A stretch of 63,323 nt of DNA, counting the filler, from Octopus bimaculoides (taxonomy: Eukaryota), in NCBI RefSeq assembly GCF_001194135.2. It is 7 parts of 7 records of this genome, joined end to end, with 100 filler letters (N's around TTAATTAATTAA, not from the genome) between each part and the next. Parts side by side here need not be neighbours in the genome. Positions count along the whole stretch, not along the records: positions 9,681 to 16,542 come from NC_068992.1; positions 16,643 to 34,251 come from NC_068993.1; 5 more parts are not named here. One strand, 5' to 3'. Below the pieces are notes generated by a model. It saw nothing but the letters and a program-made list of their open reading frames with translations. It searched no databases and had not been told where the DNA came from. A program made the position numbers and the translations under genes. Within the stretch, counting starts at the first letter, position 1, and each line of letters opens with the position of its first letter. Positions 11,018 to 23,839 of the stretch are shown piece by piece.

Positions 11018-12477
11018 TGTCTCAGTTTTCAAAAAGGAAAACAAGTCCATTGCAGTGAACTACCGTCCGATCGAACTCACCTCTCATATCATCAAGGTAT
11101 TTGAAAGGGTGGTGAGATCACGAATAGCCCACTCTCTTGTGAAAGTAACAGACTGCTGAACCCCAACCAACATGGGTTCCGTAATTGAAGGAACTGCCTA
11201 ACGCAGCTCCTGCATCAGTTTAATGTCAATTTGAGAGCTTTGCAACAGGGCCCCAACACCGATGTCATCTACTTGATTTTAGCAAGGCCTTTGACAGGGT
11301 TGATCATAAGATTCTCTTAAAAAAGACTATCCAATATTGGTGTCTCTAGAAAGTTACTAAAATGGATCACGTGTTTCCTGACGGACAGAACCCAACATAT
11401 TGTAGTCGAAGGAGTAAAATCAAGCCCAACCAAAGTCAGTAGTGGTGTTCCACAAGGCACTGTATTGGGCCCACTTCTTTTCATCATCTACATCAATGAC
11501 ATTACTGACATCATCAAGCACAGCAACATAAGAATCTTTGTAGATGATTCTAAGATCCAGAAGGTCATCAACGAAGTGGGTGACTGGACAAGGCTTCAGT
11601 CAGATCTACTGGCTGTCATCCAATGGGCGGAAAAGAATAATATGCTGCTGAACGAGGACAAATTTGAGTTAATTCATATCAGAAAGGAGGATAACCTGAA
11701 ACTCCCTTACTCTCTTCCTTCAGGTGAAACTCTCATGGCATCCAACAACATCAGAAGACTTGAGAGTAATTGTGGACAACATAAGCTAGGCCATTCATAT
11801 AAACAGAAAAATTGACATGGCCTACAAAATGTGCTCCTGGACTCTCAGAACTTTCCACTCGAGAGATATCCACACCATTATCCTTCTCTTCTCCATATTT
11901 GCCCGACTCCACATTGTCCACTGTAGTTACCCAATACGAAGCACAATATCATGAAAGTTGAAGCATCCCAAAGGACAATTACAAAAAAGATAGACGGCAT
12001 AACAAGCCTTGACTATTGGCGTCGAGTAGAAAAGCTCAAGCTTTATTCTCTCTAACACTGCCATGAGCGCTATATCGTCTGCATGATGTGGAAAATATTC
12101 CATCGGCATTACCCAAACGATGTTGGCTTCAACTTTGAGATACACCCAAAACTTGGGCCCCGTGCTATCCGCCCACAACATAAATCACACTCGCAGCTCA
12201 TAACAACGATACGGCACAATAATTTCACCTCAATTGGCCCCGCTCTCTTTAACATTACGGAAAAACACCTTAAAGCAGAAACAGATCCCATAAAGAAGTC
12301 TTTGGACAAATTCCTTCAAGAAATTCCGGATAAATGTCCTACACCCGGATATGTCTTCGTAAACAATAACTCTCTACTCGAATGGGGCATGTTGTCCGAT
12401 TCCTGATTTGAATGACATCAGGTGGTGCTATTAAGTTAGACATGGCCTGGGCCAATACTGGCCGAAACCTAGCAAAG

Positions 12478-12478
<1 letters not shown>
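11018..12478 (+). mobile_element. CR1-group LINE, 5'-truncated RT domain plus 3' UTR
   Basis: Motifs VFKK..NYRPI.LTSHIIKVFERVV, NPNQHGFR, LDFSKAFDRVDH, SGVPQGTVLGPLLFIIYIND and IFVDD (about 11537). The 3' UTR ends before (TG)n. Confidence 0.93.
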
Positions 12479-12519
<41 letters not shown>

Positions 12520-12529
12520 NNNNNNNNNN

Positions 12530-12568
<39 letters not shown>

Positions 12569-13635
12569 GGGGGGGGATAGCTATCTAGATAGATAGATGT
12601 AAATGCGTGCAAATCCATATTAAAAATAACTTCACTAGACTGCTTTCTATTAATATTCAGCCATTATTTGTGTCAAAGTAGTACACTAGCAGTCGTTATA
12701 AAACTAACCATAAATATGAACATACCAAGGTTTATGCAACTTAACTGGGCCAACTAGCTTAGCAAACAGCATTTGTTTCGATGAATGTGACAATGAGCAG
12801 CACAAATAGTGTACAACAGAATATAACATCGTGTATAGAATTACACTCGGTTAATGTTATTTAACATCCCCGTCCGCTCTGGGCTTGCAGATCTATACTT
12901 AACGCGATACAGCTGTGAGCGCCTCGTCTTTGCTTTGCGAGTATATTCAAAAGTAGTACACAAAAATTTCATGAAGATTTGGTAATTAATCCTTGCTAAT
13001 CTAACGACCATGTGCATGCTTAAAAGCTAATTCTGTATCGCATACGCTCACATTCAAAATAAATGGTAGTATCATATGCAGTTATAATTAGTGAAACGAC
13101 TGAAGCCCTTTCAGAAAATGCTTTCTCGGAAAGTAAATGTGATATATATGTGTGTGTGTATGTGTGTTTGTGTGTTTGTGTCTGTATGTATATATATACA
13201 AACATACATAACACATGCATAAATCCGTTATACACATACATACGCATACACACACAGACACACACACACACATACACATACATACACACACACACATACA
13301 AGCAACGCTGTTAACTCTCTGCAGAATACTTGCTTGAGCGGAAGTTGAGGGAAAAAAATTAATGGATTGGGCGGTATTTCCGTTACCACTGCTGCGAACT
13401 TTGGGCATGACAAGTCAATGAATGCGTTTCTATGTTTTGGGGAGTAGCAACCAAGATGTCTCTCAGATGCAAATCAGTTAACGGAGTCATATATTGTACA
13501 AGTGTTCACCACTGAGTATTTATGGCTGGCTTCAATTTGACCAGAGGTCTTCTTCATAACACCTGACTTGAAAATACTTGGAAAATGAAGAATATATGTT
13601 ATATGGCACTTGATATAATAACTGTATATTTCTAT

Positions 13636-13789
13636 ACAGTTCTATATTTAAGAGATGGGGAATTCTGTACATTATTTACATTATTTACATTCGACGGATA
13701 TATGCCCACGCGCATATGACGTAGTGGTTAAGAGTGCGGGCTACTGATCCCAAGATTCCGAGTTCGATTCCAAGCAGTGACCTGAACAC

Positions 13790-13857
<68 letters not shown>

Positions 13858-14005
13858 TCGAAACATGCCTTAGGAATGAGAACCCAGGTTCGAAATTTCC
13901 CCAAGACACCTGAAGAAAGCTGGTAGGCATATCAGCCGAAACGTGTTAACAACAAACAAGATGAGGACAAATATCCGCCGAATGTAAATAATGTAAATAA
14001 TGTAA
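13636..14005 (+). mobile_element. tRNA-headed element with (AAT)n spacer, hammerhead-bearing PLE-like tail and 5' inverted tail copy
   Basis: Inverted tail at 13636-13702. Box A TGACGTAGTGG at 13717-13727 and box B GTTCGATTC at 13762-13770. (AAT)n at 13790-13855. GACAC-CTGAAGA-AAGCTG...CAGCC-GAAAC at 13905-13942. Tail at 13950-14005 is complementary to 13668-13702. Confidence 0.75.
13905..13950 (+). ncRNA. Minimal type I hammerhead motif, degenerate copy (cleavage triplet damaged)
   Basis: Core CTGAAGA at 13910-13916, stem II GCTG/CAGC, GAAAC at 13938-13942. It has a 3-nt deletion relative to GAAACGTTGTGTT at 33504-33516, where GTGTT can pair with upstream GACAC as stem I. Confidence 0.6.
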
Positions 14006-14414
14006 ATAATGTAGATAATGCATATTTCTATGTTGTTCAAATACATACCACTGGCCTCTTTGAGTTATTTGTTCGAATTACCTCCACCTACTGAGGATGC
14101 GTCACAATTACCAACTAGCAACTGTGTCTAGGTGTAAATGAAAAAAGGAGATAATCTCGAAACACGACCACTCTACAAAGCGATCGTGTCATTAAGGAAA
14201 AGGGCAGGCTTATTTTGCAGAGGTAAGACAGAAGTGGATAGTCGTGGACTCTTGTTTCTGCCTCAATATGCCTCAACTGTCCTTCACTGTCTCCAACAGC
14301 TAAGGAGTATAGATATTTGAAACAAAGAGTAAAACACATTTACGGCCAAGAAAGGTTCCATAAATTTACCAGAATTGAACAAAAGAAATTAACAGATCCT
14401 ATACGCTATAGATC

Positions 14415-14635
14415 TTTCCTGCAAACAGACCTGTACGCAACGCAGCAATGAATTACTGACTGGCAGCTCAAGCTAGCTGTGAACAAGTGCATTACTATGC
14501 ACTTTGGGAGGAAAAACCCAGCCTTTACATAATACTTCAGCAACACCAATCTCAAGAAGTCTGCTCGTGAACGTGATCTGGGTGTTGCAGACAATGATCT
14601 GCGTCGAACAAACCATATCTCTAAAATTGTATTTT
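14415..14635 (+). mobile_element. CR1-type RT C-terminal fragment
   Basis: Reads FLQTDL...WQLKLAVNKCITMHFGRKNP...ERDLGV...HISKIV, a typical CR1 thumb-region motif set. Confidence 0.75.
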
Positions 14636-14734
14636 TTAAAAAATGATAATTATGATTATAACTAATAAAATCTTTTTAACATTATTTAATCAAGAACCTC
14701 TTCATATTCACATTCCACTCGGTTCTGTTCTCTA

Positions 14735-14736
<2 letters not shown>

Positions 14737-14791
<55 letters not shown>
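14737..14791. repeat. (TAT)n microsatellite
   Basis: Perfect trinucleotide run. Confidence 0.95.
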
Positions 14792-14793
<2 letters not shown>

Positions 14794-15937
14794 CAACGTT
14801 GTTCTATTGTCTCTATTTCTTTCTCTCGCAGCGTTCTAGCATTTGTCCATTTCCGTTTTCTTCACTGCTTCCTTTTGTTTACCTGGCCATTTCTATCTAA
14901 TTATTATGCGTGTGATATGAAAAAATTGATTCATTTTTAACATTTACTTCAAATGCAAAAATATAAAATTTAAAAATCAGTGGTAGCCTTTTCTCCCCAT
15001 AAAAACCAACAATCACGTCAACGTTGTATGAAAGTGAACCAGGAATTGGGGTAACGATGGAAATGGTACTTTAATGATAATCTAAATAATGAATGGTATG
15101 ATATAATCTTAGAAAACCGATTTAAATGGAAGAAATTACCTGTTTTACAGAAAAAGGGTTCAACAAAATGTTCAAACCTTTGTTGTACTTTTTGAAATGG
15201 TCATTTCATTAACAAACAAATCTTATTTTTAAATGGGACATGGGGAATACCACCACTTCAATCCCCTTTTGTGTGTGTGAGTGTGTGTGTGAGTGTGTGT
15301 GTGTGTGTGTGTTTGTGCGTGCGTGCGTGAGTATGTAAGCTATGCATAGCTGAAAGAACACAGGTACTTTTCAGATCTAAGAACTCCATCACACTGCTGA
15401 ATTCCAGGTCTGAAATTTTCATCGGTTGTAAATATAAGGATAAGTCCCTGTTGGCGAACTGGGAAGAACTATCCTCTCCAGATTGAGCAGCTGAGCCACA
15501 GCCTCTAGGCCATTATCCTCTCAGCCTTATGACATTACGGTCAAAGGATCCATAACTCTAGTTCTCCCACACCTCTTGCTTTTTTTCTGCTTTCTCTTTC
15601 GTTTTCCGGTTTTTCAAACTTACACCGTTTACATCTACTTCCTTCTCACCTTATAGTCATATATGTCATATAATATAATATAATATAATATTATATTANN
15701 NNNNNNNNATATATATATACTATGATGAAACCTTTTCAGAATACCAGAAGCAATAGTAGCCAACGCAATACACAGTAGTTACAATTGCTTTAATCCGCAA
15801 TTACATTGGCTGTTCAAATAGTGTCTCTTAATAGCTGTCACTTCTTGTCACCGCCATAATGTTTCATAAAACTTCTCGTAATCACTCGTATAAGATTTGG
15901 CAAAATCTCAGTATATAGAGAATACAATAGCTGTCAC

Positions 15938-15954
<17 letters not shown>

Positions 15955-16012
<58 letters not shown>

Positions 16013-16017
16013 GTCTG

Positions 16018-16077
<60 letters not shown>

Positions 16078-16078
16078 C
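15955..16078. repeat. (ATCT)n microsatellite
   Basis: Tetranucleotide run with a few GTCT variants. Confidence 0.95.
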
Positions 16079-16165
16079 CTGTCTGTCTGTCTCTCACTCT
16101 CCCCTTTCTCTCTGTCTCATTAATCTCTCTGACTATATGTCTATCTACTGCCCCTCTCTCAATGC

Positions 16166-16211
<46 letters not shown>

Positions 16212-16236
16212 TTATATAGTAGTTCATATATTTATG

Positions 16237-16287
<51 letters not shown>

Positions 16288-16325
16288 ACACATATTTTAG
16301 TGATTTGTTCTGCCTCATTTTGCGA

Positions 16326-16364
<39 letters not shown>

Positions 16365-16399
16365 CAAAAGTAAATGAGTATATGCATATATACGTACAG

Positions 16400-16542
16400 G
16401 TATGTGCATACCGACATCCACCTGTATGTATAGGTGCATATCTGGGTACAGGACATTGCAAACAAACGTAGACGAGAACACACGAGCCACATAGAGAACA
16501 TTCTACTTCATCAGCTACCCACGTTTTAACACCGGCGTTTCG
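16400..16542 (-). mobile_element. 3' portion of another PLE-like repeat carrying hammerhead-like motifs, truncated by gap
   Basis: Minus strand reads CGAAACGCCGGTGTTAAAACGTGGGTAGCTGATGAAG...TGTCCTGTACCCAGATATGCAC. The tail TGTCCTGTACCCA.ATATGCA is shared with about 54165-54185. Confidence 0.45.
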
Positions 16543-16784
16543 NNNNNNNNNNNNNNNNNNNNNNNNNNNNNNNNNNNNNNNNNNNNTTAATTAATTAANN
16601 NNNNNNNNNNNNNNNNNNNNNNNNNNNNNNNNNNNNNNNNNNACTCAACTCGAACTAACACATAAATTTCACTACAATCGATAGTATTTATAATCGCGTT
16701 TTGGTCTATTTCTTTCTCGCAAGGAGGCGTTGTGACTCTCATCACAACAGCAAGTATGTATGTATGTATGGACGTACGTACGTC

Positions 16785-16786
<2 letters not shown>

Positions 16787-16840
<54 letters not shown>

Positions 16841-16848
16841 GCTATCTC

Positions 16849-16916
<68 letters not shown>
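16787..16916. repeat. (ATCT)n microsatellite
   Basis: Tetranucleotide run. Confidence 0.95.
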
Positions 16917-18776
16917 CGTGCTGGTGTCTATTTATATCCTCATGTATAATGAGTGTCTCTGCATTTATATACTTATATACACATTGTGATTGCGTGTAAA
17001 TACGATAAAATAATTTTTTTAAATGCAAGCTCAGCGATATATCTTCCGCCAGATTTATAGGAAAAAGACATCGAATTAAACTATCTAATCTATTGTTTTG
17101 ATTGAGAAAAGGAACCCCATGCTAATGCTTTCGATATCCAGTGCAAAATTCATGAGAAATTGTGACCACACACAGAGGGAAATGCTGTAATCATTTCTTT
17201 GTTGTGCGCAGCATGAAATATCTACATGCTTATAAATATTATTGAATATTCAAGAATGTTTAAGAATATTCAAATACCAGATCATTTCCTTTTATTAAGA
17301 AACCGCTGAAACATTTAATACTTATGTTGTTACTTGGTGCAATGAATAGATAAATAGGCGACTACCCTTTGCTCTTATACTTTCTTGACTTTATCCCACA
17401 CATTTGAAATAAAATCTTTGTTAGCTATTTGCATTGGATCACAAATTTATATTGTTCCGTACAATTTGTATATTAAACTCGATACTCCATTTAACACTAT
17501 TTTTATTGTTTAGATAATTGTTACAACCGACCATTACACTCATCATAATGTTGCTTTATTACGAAATTAACATTATATAAAAACCTTTTTTTACAGACTG
17601 GATTAAAATAATATGTATTGGAAATACGAAATAAATAATGTGTTTCATGAATATAGCAGTGACAACGTTTACTATAATTTTAAATCACGTATTTTATTTT
17701 ATAAAATGTCTGGAAAATATAGAAATTCCGATCCGTTGACTGTGATTGAATGAGAGTTTGAATTACTTTGCCTTTTTATTCGGTGATAACCTATCTTTGA
17801 AAGAGATATAAACAGGAAATATTTTGCAGTATTATCTTGAAGTCTTTAATTTAATTTTTCGTACTATCATTTTGTTCGTGCCNNNNNNNNNNNNNNNNNN
17901 NNNNNNNNNNNNNNNNNNNNNNNNNNNNNNNNNNNNNNNNNNNNNNNNNNNNNNNNNNNNNNNNNNNNNNNNNNNNNNNNNNNNNNNNNNNNNNNNNNNN
18001 NNNNNNNNNNNNNNNNNNNNNNNNNNNNNNNNNNNNNNNNNNNNNNNNNNNNNNNNNNNNNNNNNNNNNNNNNNNNNNNNNNNNNNNNNNNNNNNNNNNN
18101 NNNNNNNNNNNNNNNNNNNNNNNNNNNNNNNNNNNNNNNNNNNNNNNNNNNNNNNNNNNNNNNNNNNNNNNNNNNNNNNNNNNNNNNNNNNNNNNNNNNN
18201 NNNNNNNNNNNNNNNNNNNNNNNNNNNNNNNNNNNNNNNNNNNNNNNNNNNNNNNNNNNNNNNNNNNNNNNNNNNNNNNNNNNNNNNNNNNNNNNNNNNN
18301 NNNNNNNNNNNNNNNNNNNNNNNNNNNNNNNNNNNNNNNNNNNNNNNNNNNNNNNNNNNNNNNNNNNNNNNNNNNNNNNNNNNNNNNNNNNNNNNNNNNN
18401 NNNNNNNNNNNNNNNNNNNNNNNNNNNNNNNNNNNNNNNNNNNNNNNNNNNNNNNNNNNNNNNNNNNNNNNNNNNNNNNNNNNNNNNNNNNNNNNNNNNN
18501 NNNNNNNNNNNNNNNNNNNNNNNNNNNNNNNNNNNNNNNNNNNNNNNNNNNNNNNNNNNNNNNNNNNNNNNNNNNNNNNNNNNNNNNNNNNNNNNNNNNN
18601 NNNNNNNNNNNNNNNNNNNNNNNNNNNNNNNNNNNNNNNNNNNNNNNNNNNNNNNNNNNNNNNNNNNNNNNNNNNNNNNNNNNNNNNNNNNNNNNNNNNN
18701 NNNNNNNNNNNNNNNNNNNNNNNNNNNNNNNNNNNNNNNNNNNNNNNNNNNNNNNNNNNNNNNNNNNNNNNNNNNN

Positions 18777-18817
<41 letters not shown>

Positions 18818-19907
18818 GTATGCGTATGTGTGCACTCGCACATACATTTATAAAGGCGTTCTTCGAAGGTACAGCAGCTCATTTCAACGTACAGGAAATA
18901 TCCAATTTGTTCCCTTCATACAATCCGTATCCGAAAGGTAGTGAAGAGCACCTACGTGTGAAATCCTTTTGAATGTTCTCAGATTTTGAGAATGATTGTA
19001 TAAGAACATTAAAAACACAGGATGTGCTGCACTTGAAGGAAATGTTACTATTTGAGACAATATTTGTTACATTAATTAATAATACGGGAGTATACGATAT
19101 ATCAAAGTTAGTTTGTTTAATCCGTGTTTCGCGTGTTGCCCAAAAAGTTTAATGGGTAATTTGGAAATTGGCGACACTTCCTAAAACTTAAAACCAATTC
19201 TATAATGTATCTTTGAAGAAGGGATAATTACTATTGAACACATACAGGAAACTCGATAAAGAAAAAGAGATAAGAGAATTACAACGCAGACATATAAATT
19301 ATTAGGAATTAATGACCTAGACAGTGAACAACAGACACAAATGGAGGAAAGATTAGAGACGAAATTTAAAGAGGCATTAAAGTAATACGTAAAGCAGTGT
19401 GAAAATTGAAAAAAAAAACAAAAAAAACAAACAAATACGTATTAAAAGTCAACGGTGTCGCTATTTTTGTAATATGTTGTAGTTATAGTTTTAATATTCT
19501 CAACTGGACGCTAGGTGCGGTAGCAAGAGCAGTCATTGAAAAATACCACAAATAAAACAATAACAGCATATATAAATTCCATTTAAAACGATTGTAGTGG
19601 TACAAGGATCTATTAGAATTATGAAATAATGACCAATGCAACCATTCATGCTGCAAATGTATTTGGCAAAAAGTAAAGGGAAAATTTAGTCAAATAACTA
19701 CAAAACTGGAGCAAATCAAAAACAACTATTTACCTATCTTTAATAGAACAAATAAATACAAATGAAGAACTTGAACTTCACCAGTAAAAAATATATGCCT
19801 GGACAAACCGATTACAAGAAATTTGCTTCTGCAGCTCTTGGTTATTTTGTTAAAAATAATCAAGCACTTCCTGAACAATTGAAGCAGCCAGTATTATTAC
19901 AGAATAT

Positions 19908-20193
19908 CTATTTCTTTATTGCCCACAAGGGGCTAAACATAGACGGGACAAACAACGACAGATAAGGAATTAAGTCGATTACATCGACCGCAGTGCGTAA
20001 CGGGCACTTATTTAATCGACCTCGAAATGATGAAAGGCAAAGTCGACCTCGGCGGAATTTGAACTCAGTACGAAGAGACAGTTGAAATACTACTGAATAT
20101 TTTGCCCGGCGTGCTAACGTGTCGTATTTCTTTATTGCCCACAAGGGGCTAAACATAGAGGGGACAAACAACGATAGACAAAGGGATTAAGTC
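19908..20193 (-). mobile_element. tRNA-derived SINE with Meta-like core, plus tandem second copy of its 3' tail (20124-20193)
   Basis: Minus strand reads CTGAGTTCAAATTCCGCCGAGGTCGACTTTGCCTTTCATCATTTCGAGGTCGATTAAATAAGTGCC... The tail TTTAGCCCCTTGTGGGCAATAAAGAAATA occurs twice. Confidence 0.85.
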
Positions 20194-20468
20194 CAATGCA
20201 GAACATTGTATGGATTGTAGTTCCATCAATGTCAACATGTATATAAATCATTTTAATATGCCACCCGTGCAAATAAATATGTGTGATTCATAGATATTCC
20301 ATGCTTCATACGGGCTCCTGATATCGAAGAGTGCTATCAAGGTCCAGGCTCAACCAGCATTTTCGATACTGCTCATATATAAGTACAAGATATTTCTATC
20401 TCAATACAGGCGTATATATTACATACACACACACACACATATATACACACAGACACACAGACACACAG

Positions 20469-20503
<35 letters not shown>

Positions 20504-21830
20504 NNNNNNNNNNNNNNNNNNNNNNNNNNNNNNNNNNNNNNNNNNNNNNNNNNNNNNNNNNNNNNNNNNNNNNNNNNNNNNNNNNNNNNNNNNNNNNNNN
20601 NNNNNNNNNNNNNNNNNNNNNNNNNNNNNNNNNNNNNNNNNNNNNNNNNNNNNNNNNNNNNNNNNNNNNNNNNNNNNNNNNNNNNNNNNNNNNNNNNNNN
20701 NNNNNNNNNNNNNNNNNATATATATATTAGAAAATATAATAAGGTACTCAGAGATTTGGATGGTTGTACATTTACAGATTTTTAGATGCATACATATATA
20801 CATACATACAGATGCATACATATATGCATACATGTAGATGCATACATGTAGATGCATACATGCATATATACATACATGCATATATACATACATGCATATA
20901 TGCATACATACATACATACATACATACATGCGTGTATATACATGTATATTCCTTCTTACATCTTTCTAGAGACAGGTAGCTGCTTTAGTTTGCACTTCAT
21001 TTATTTGACTATACGTAAACCACGCTTCCTAAAAGCGGACTTGGAATTTTTCCAAGTGAATTACGACCTAGTTCAGTCAAACTCCGTCTTCAGTTCAAAT
21101 CCATTCATGAAAACATTAGCATTCATCGTTACAGTTTTGTTATTATAATTACCAGTTATATATTCAAGTTTTGTATTATAGATAAACTGCATCTTTTAAC
21201 AGCTGGCTTTGAGGCAATACAAGTTGGATATTTAGACATAAAAATAGAAAGCTATTATTTGTTGAGCAACTGGTATTTTGAATAAACTCGTCAAACTATA
21301 TTTTCCTGATATCGAACATCGAACTTAACCTCTTTTGAGGATTGCATTTATAGCATATATGATAAATAGTTAATACATAAACTCTGGATATGTTTATGGT
21401 GCAGCATCAGTAACACAAACATACATCAATCAGGAGATCATATAGCAATTATATGATGCTGCAATTCATAAATTTTGCGCATTGCATACAAAAAATGATA
21501 GAACCAAACAGATGTAGATTATTACAGCCGAACGGATATTATTTGGTATTTTATTCTAGAAATTTACGAGGATTTCCAGTTATGAGTGTGTGGCATAGAA
21601 TACAATACTATATGAACACACTTTACCACTGTCACGTTGGCTGTGACATCTTTTCTGCGAACAAACACTTCTGCACTTAATCTTCATATACTCCGTAAGT
21701 TCTACGCTAACGTTTTCCATTCATACTATAAATAAGAATTTCTCTTTCATTCTTTTCATTTCTAAAGTCCACACAAATACATATAAACACATATATATAT
21801 ATACATACGCGCATACACATATTTTAATAT

Positions 21831-21899
<69 letters not shown>

Positions 21900-22215
21900 C
21901 AGTGTACATTTAAACACATAAGAGATATCCATCATAGGATTCCTTTCACGCTAGAAAGAACAGCTAAGTTCCAAACCACTATTAGGGATAAACCTTTGAA
22001 GGGAATAAAAATAAAACAGTTACCATCTAGTTCCTGGGGGTTTCTGACGTATTTTAGCAAATAAAATAATTTACTAGGCGAAGCCTTCTTCAGCAGGTAT
22101 ACCCAGATTAAACATATGTACACGAGGCAATCCAGTTTTTGCCCCGTACTTATACATTCTAATATATATATATATAACATATATCATGCAACGATATATA
22201 CGTACAAAATACACC

Positions 22216-22268
<53 letters not shown>

Positions 22269-22527
22269 GTCTCTATATATACAGGTATGTAAATATATAT
22301 ATATATATGTAACCTAACATCTTGACTTAATTGGAACTATAGAACAAAGTAATCAATTTACATGACTAGAAGCTTTTTTTAAACAATGTTTATCCTTAAA
22401 ATCACCAGTTGCTTTTCTTTTAAAGTAAGAAAGAGGAGAAAGTAAAAGATTTATGTTTGTGTATATGAGACGGACGTGTGCGTGTGTGTCTGTGTGTGTG
22501 TGTGTGTNNNNNNNNNNATATATATAT

Positions 22528-22682
22528 GACGAGCCTTTTTACGTTTCCGTCTATCAAATTTGCTTGCAAGGGTTTGGTCGGCCCCAGGGTGTAGTAGAAA
22601 ACACTCCTCCAATGCGACAATGAACCATGAAGCTCGTGCGGTTGTGAAGCTAGTTTCTTACCACATAGCTACTCCTACGCCT
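22528..22682 (-). mobile_element. tRNA-derived SINE, family K head (GGCGCAGGAGTGGCTGTGTGGTAAG...)
   Basis: Matches the reverse complement of 39571-39732. Confidence 0.8.
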
Positions 22683-23697
22683 ATGTGTGCGTGGGGGGGG
22701 CATGTATGCGTGTCTCTGTGTGTATGTATATGCATATATATATATATATCGTAGTGTGATTGTAGTCCTAAAGTAGTAAAGACAAAGCTTTCGCTTCTAC
22801 ACCGTTCAGGGAAATGGGATACAAGTTGACAGTTTCATAAAGGTGAGGAGAGTGCAAAATTACCTCTACTCGAATTGTAGGTCTTTATTATATATATATA
22901 TATATATATGTATTGTGAAACATATTCATATTTGATACTTTCTATGCTTACGGATAACAGGGACCATTTTTAAAAATGAAGTGAGAGGTAGACTAATAAG
23001 ATTTGTGATTTAAATAATGCATAGAATAATATTACACAAAGCAAAAACCTATTTTCCGTGCAACGTACCGTACTTAGTTATATAAGACAAGAATAATATT
23101 TAATGAAAGAATTTAACATAAACTTCCATTTGAAGCATGAAAGCACATTAGGAAACTAGATTTAGAAGAAAATAAAATTTATACAACGTATGTAATTTCT
23201 GATTTTTAAACATTATATCGCGCAAACTCCCAGATATTTCTGTGCTTCTATTAAGGAGCGGCCCAGTTCAAATATGTTATGCATTAAGGTGCAAAACAGC
23301 TTAAACCACTTATATCTGAAGTTATGTAATTTCTACTCGAATTTCTCATTTAGTCTTCAAAGCATAGAGGTAGCTAATTTATATCAAATTTCGAGCTCAG
23401 CTTTCTCTAAATACAATTTCTAAATTCTTTTAAAATATAAACAACTCGTGTTTTATGTGAAAAATAAAAGGAAAATCATTTAATAGAAAAATGAAAGAAA
23501 CGGTAAAATATTTTTCTCCTTTATAATAATTATTATTGATTTTGGCTTGAAAGTGTGTTTCTTCAATTCATAAAGGTATTTTAATATTATTTTTAAAATT
23601 TACAAAAACTGTTTAAAAATGTATTTTCTCTAAAAGTGTCAAATGAATTATAATTTCAGATTTGTTTTTACATTTGTTATAATTTTGTGTCAGTTTG

Positions 23698-23704
23698 AGA
23701 TAGT

Positions 23705-23745
<41 letters not shown>

Positions 23746-23797
23746 NNNNNNNNNNATAGATAGATAGATAGGTAGATAGATAGATAGATAGATAAAT

Positions 23798-23835
<38 letters not shown>
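23698..23835. repeat. (AGAT)n plus (AG)n microsatellites
   Basis: Simple repeat runs spanning a 10-N gap. Confidence 0.9.

Positions 23836-23839
<4 letters not shown>

Noticed and set aside
12441-12475. GGCC-AATACT-GGCC-GAAAC resembling hammerhead stem II + GAAA
   Set aside because: There is no CTGANGA core upstream and no stem I or III. It is better explained as the LINE 3' terminal stem-loop.
13710-13785. tRNA gene (likewise the other box A/B-containing heads)
   Set aside because: No complete cloverleaf or acceptor stem. These continue into SINE bodies, so they are tRNA-derived heads.
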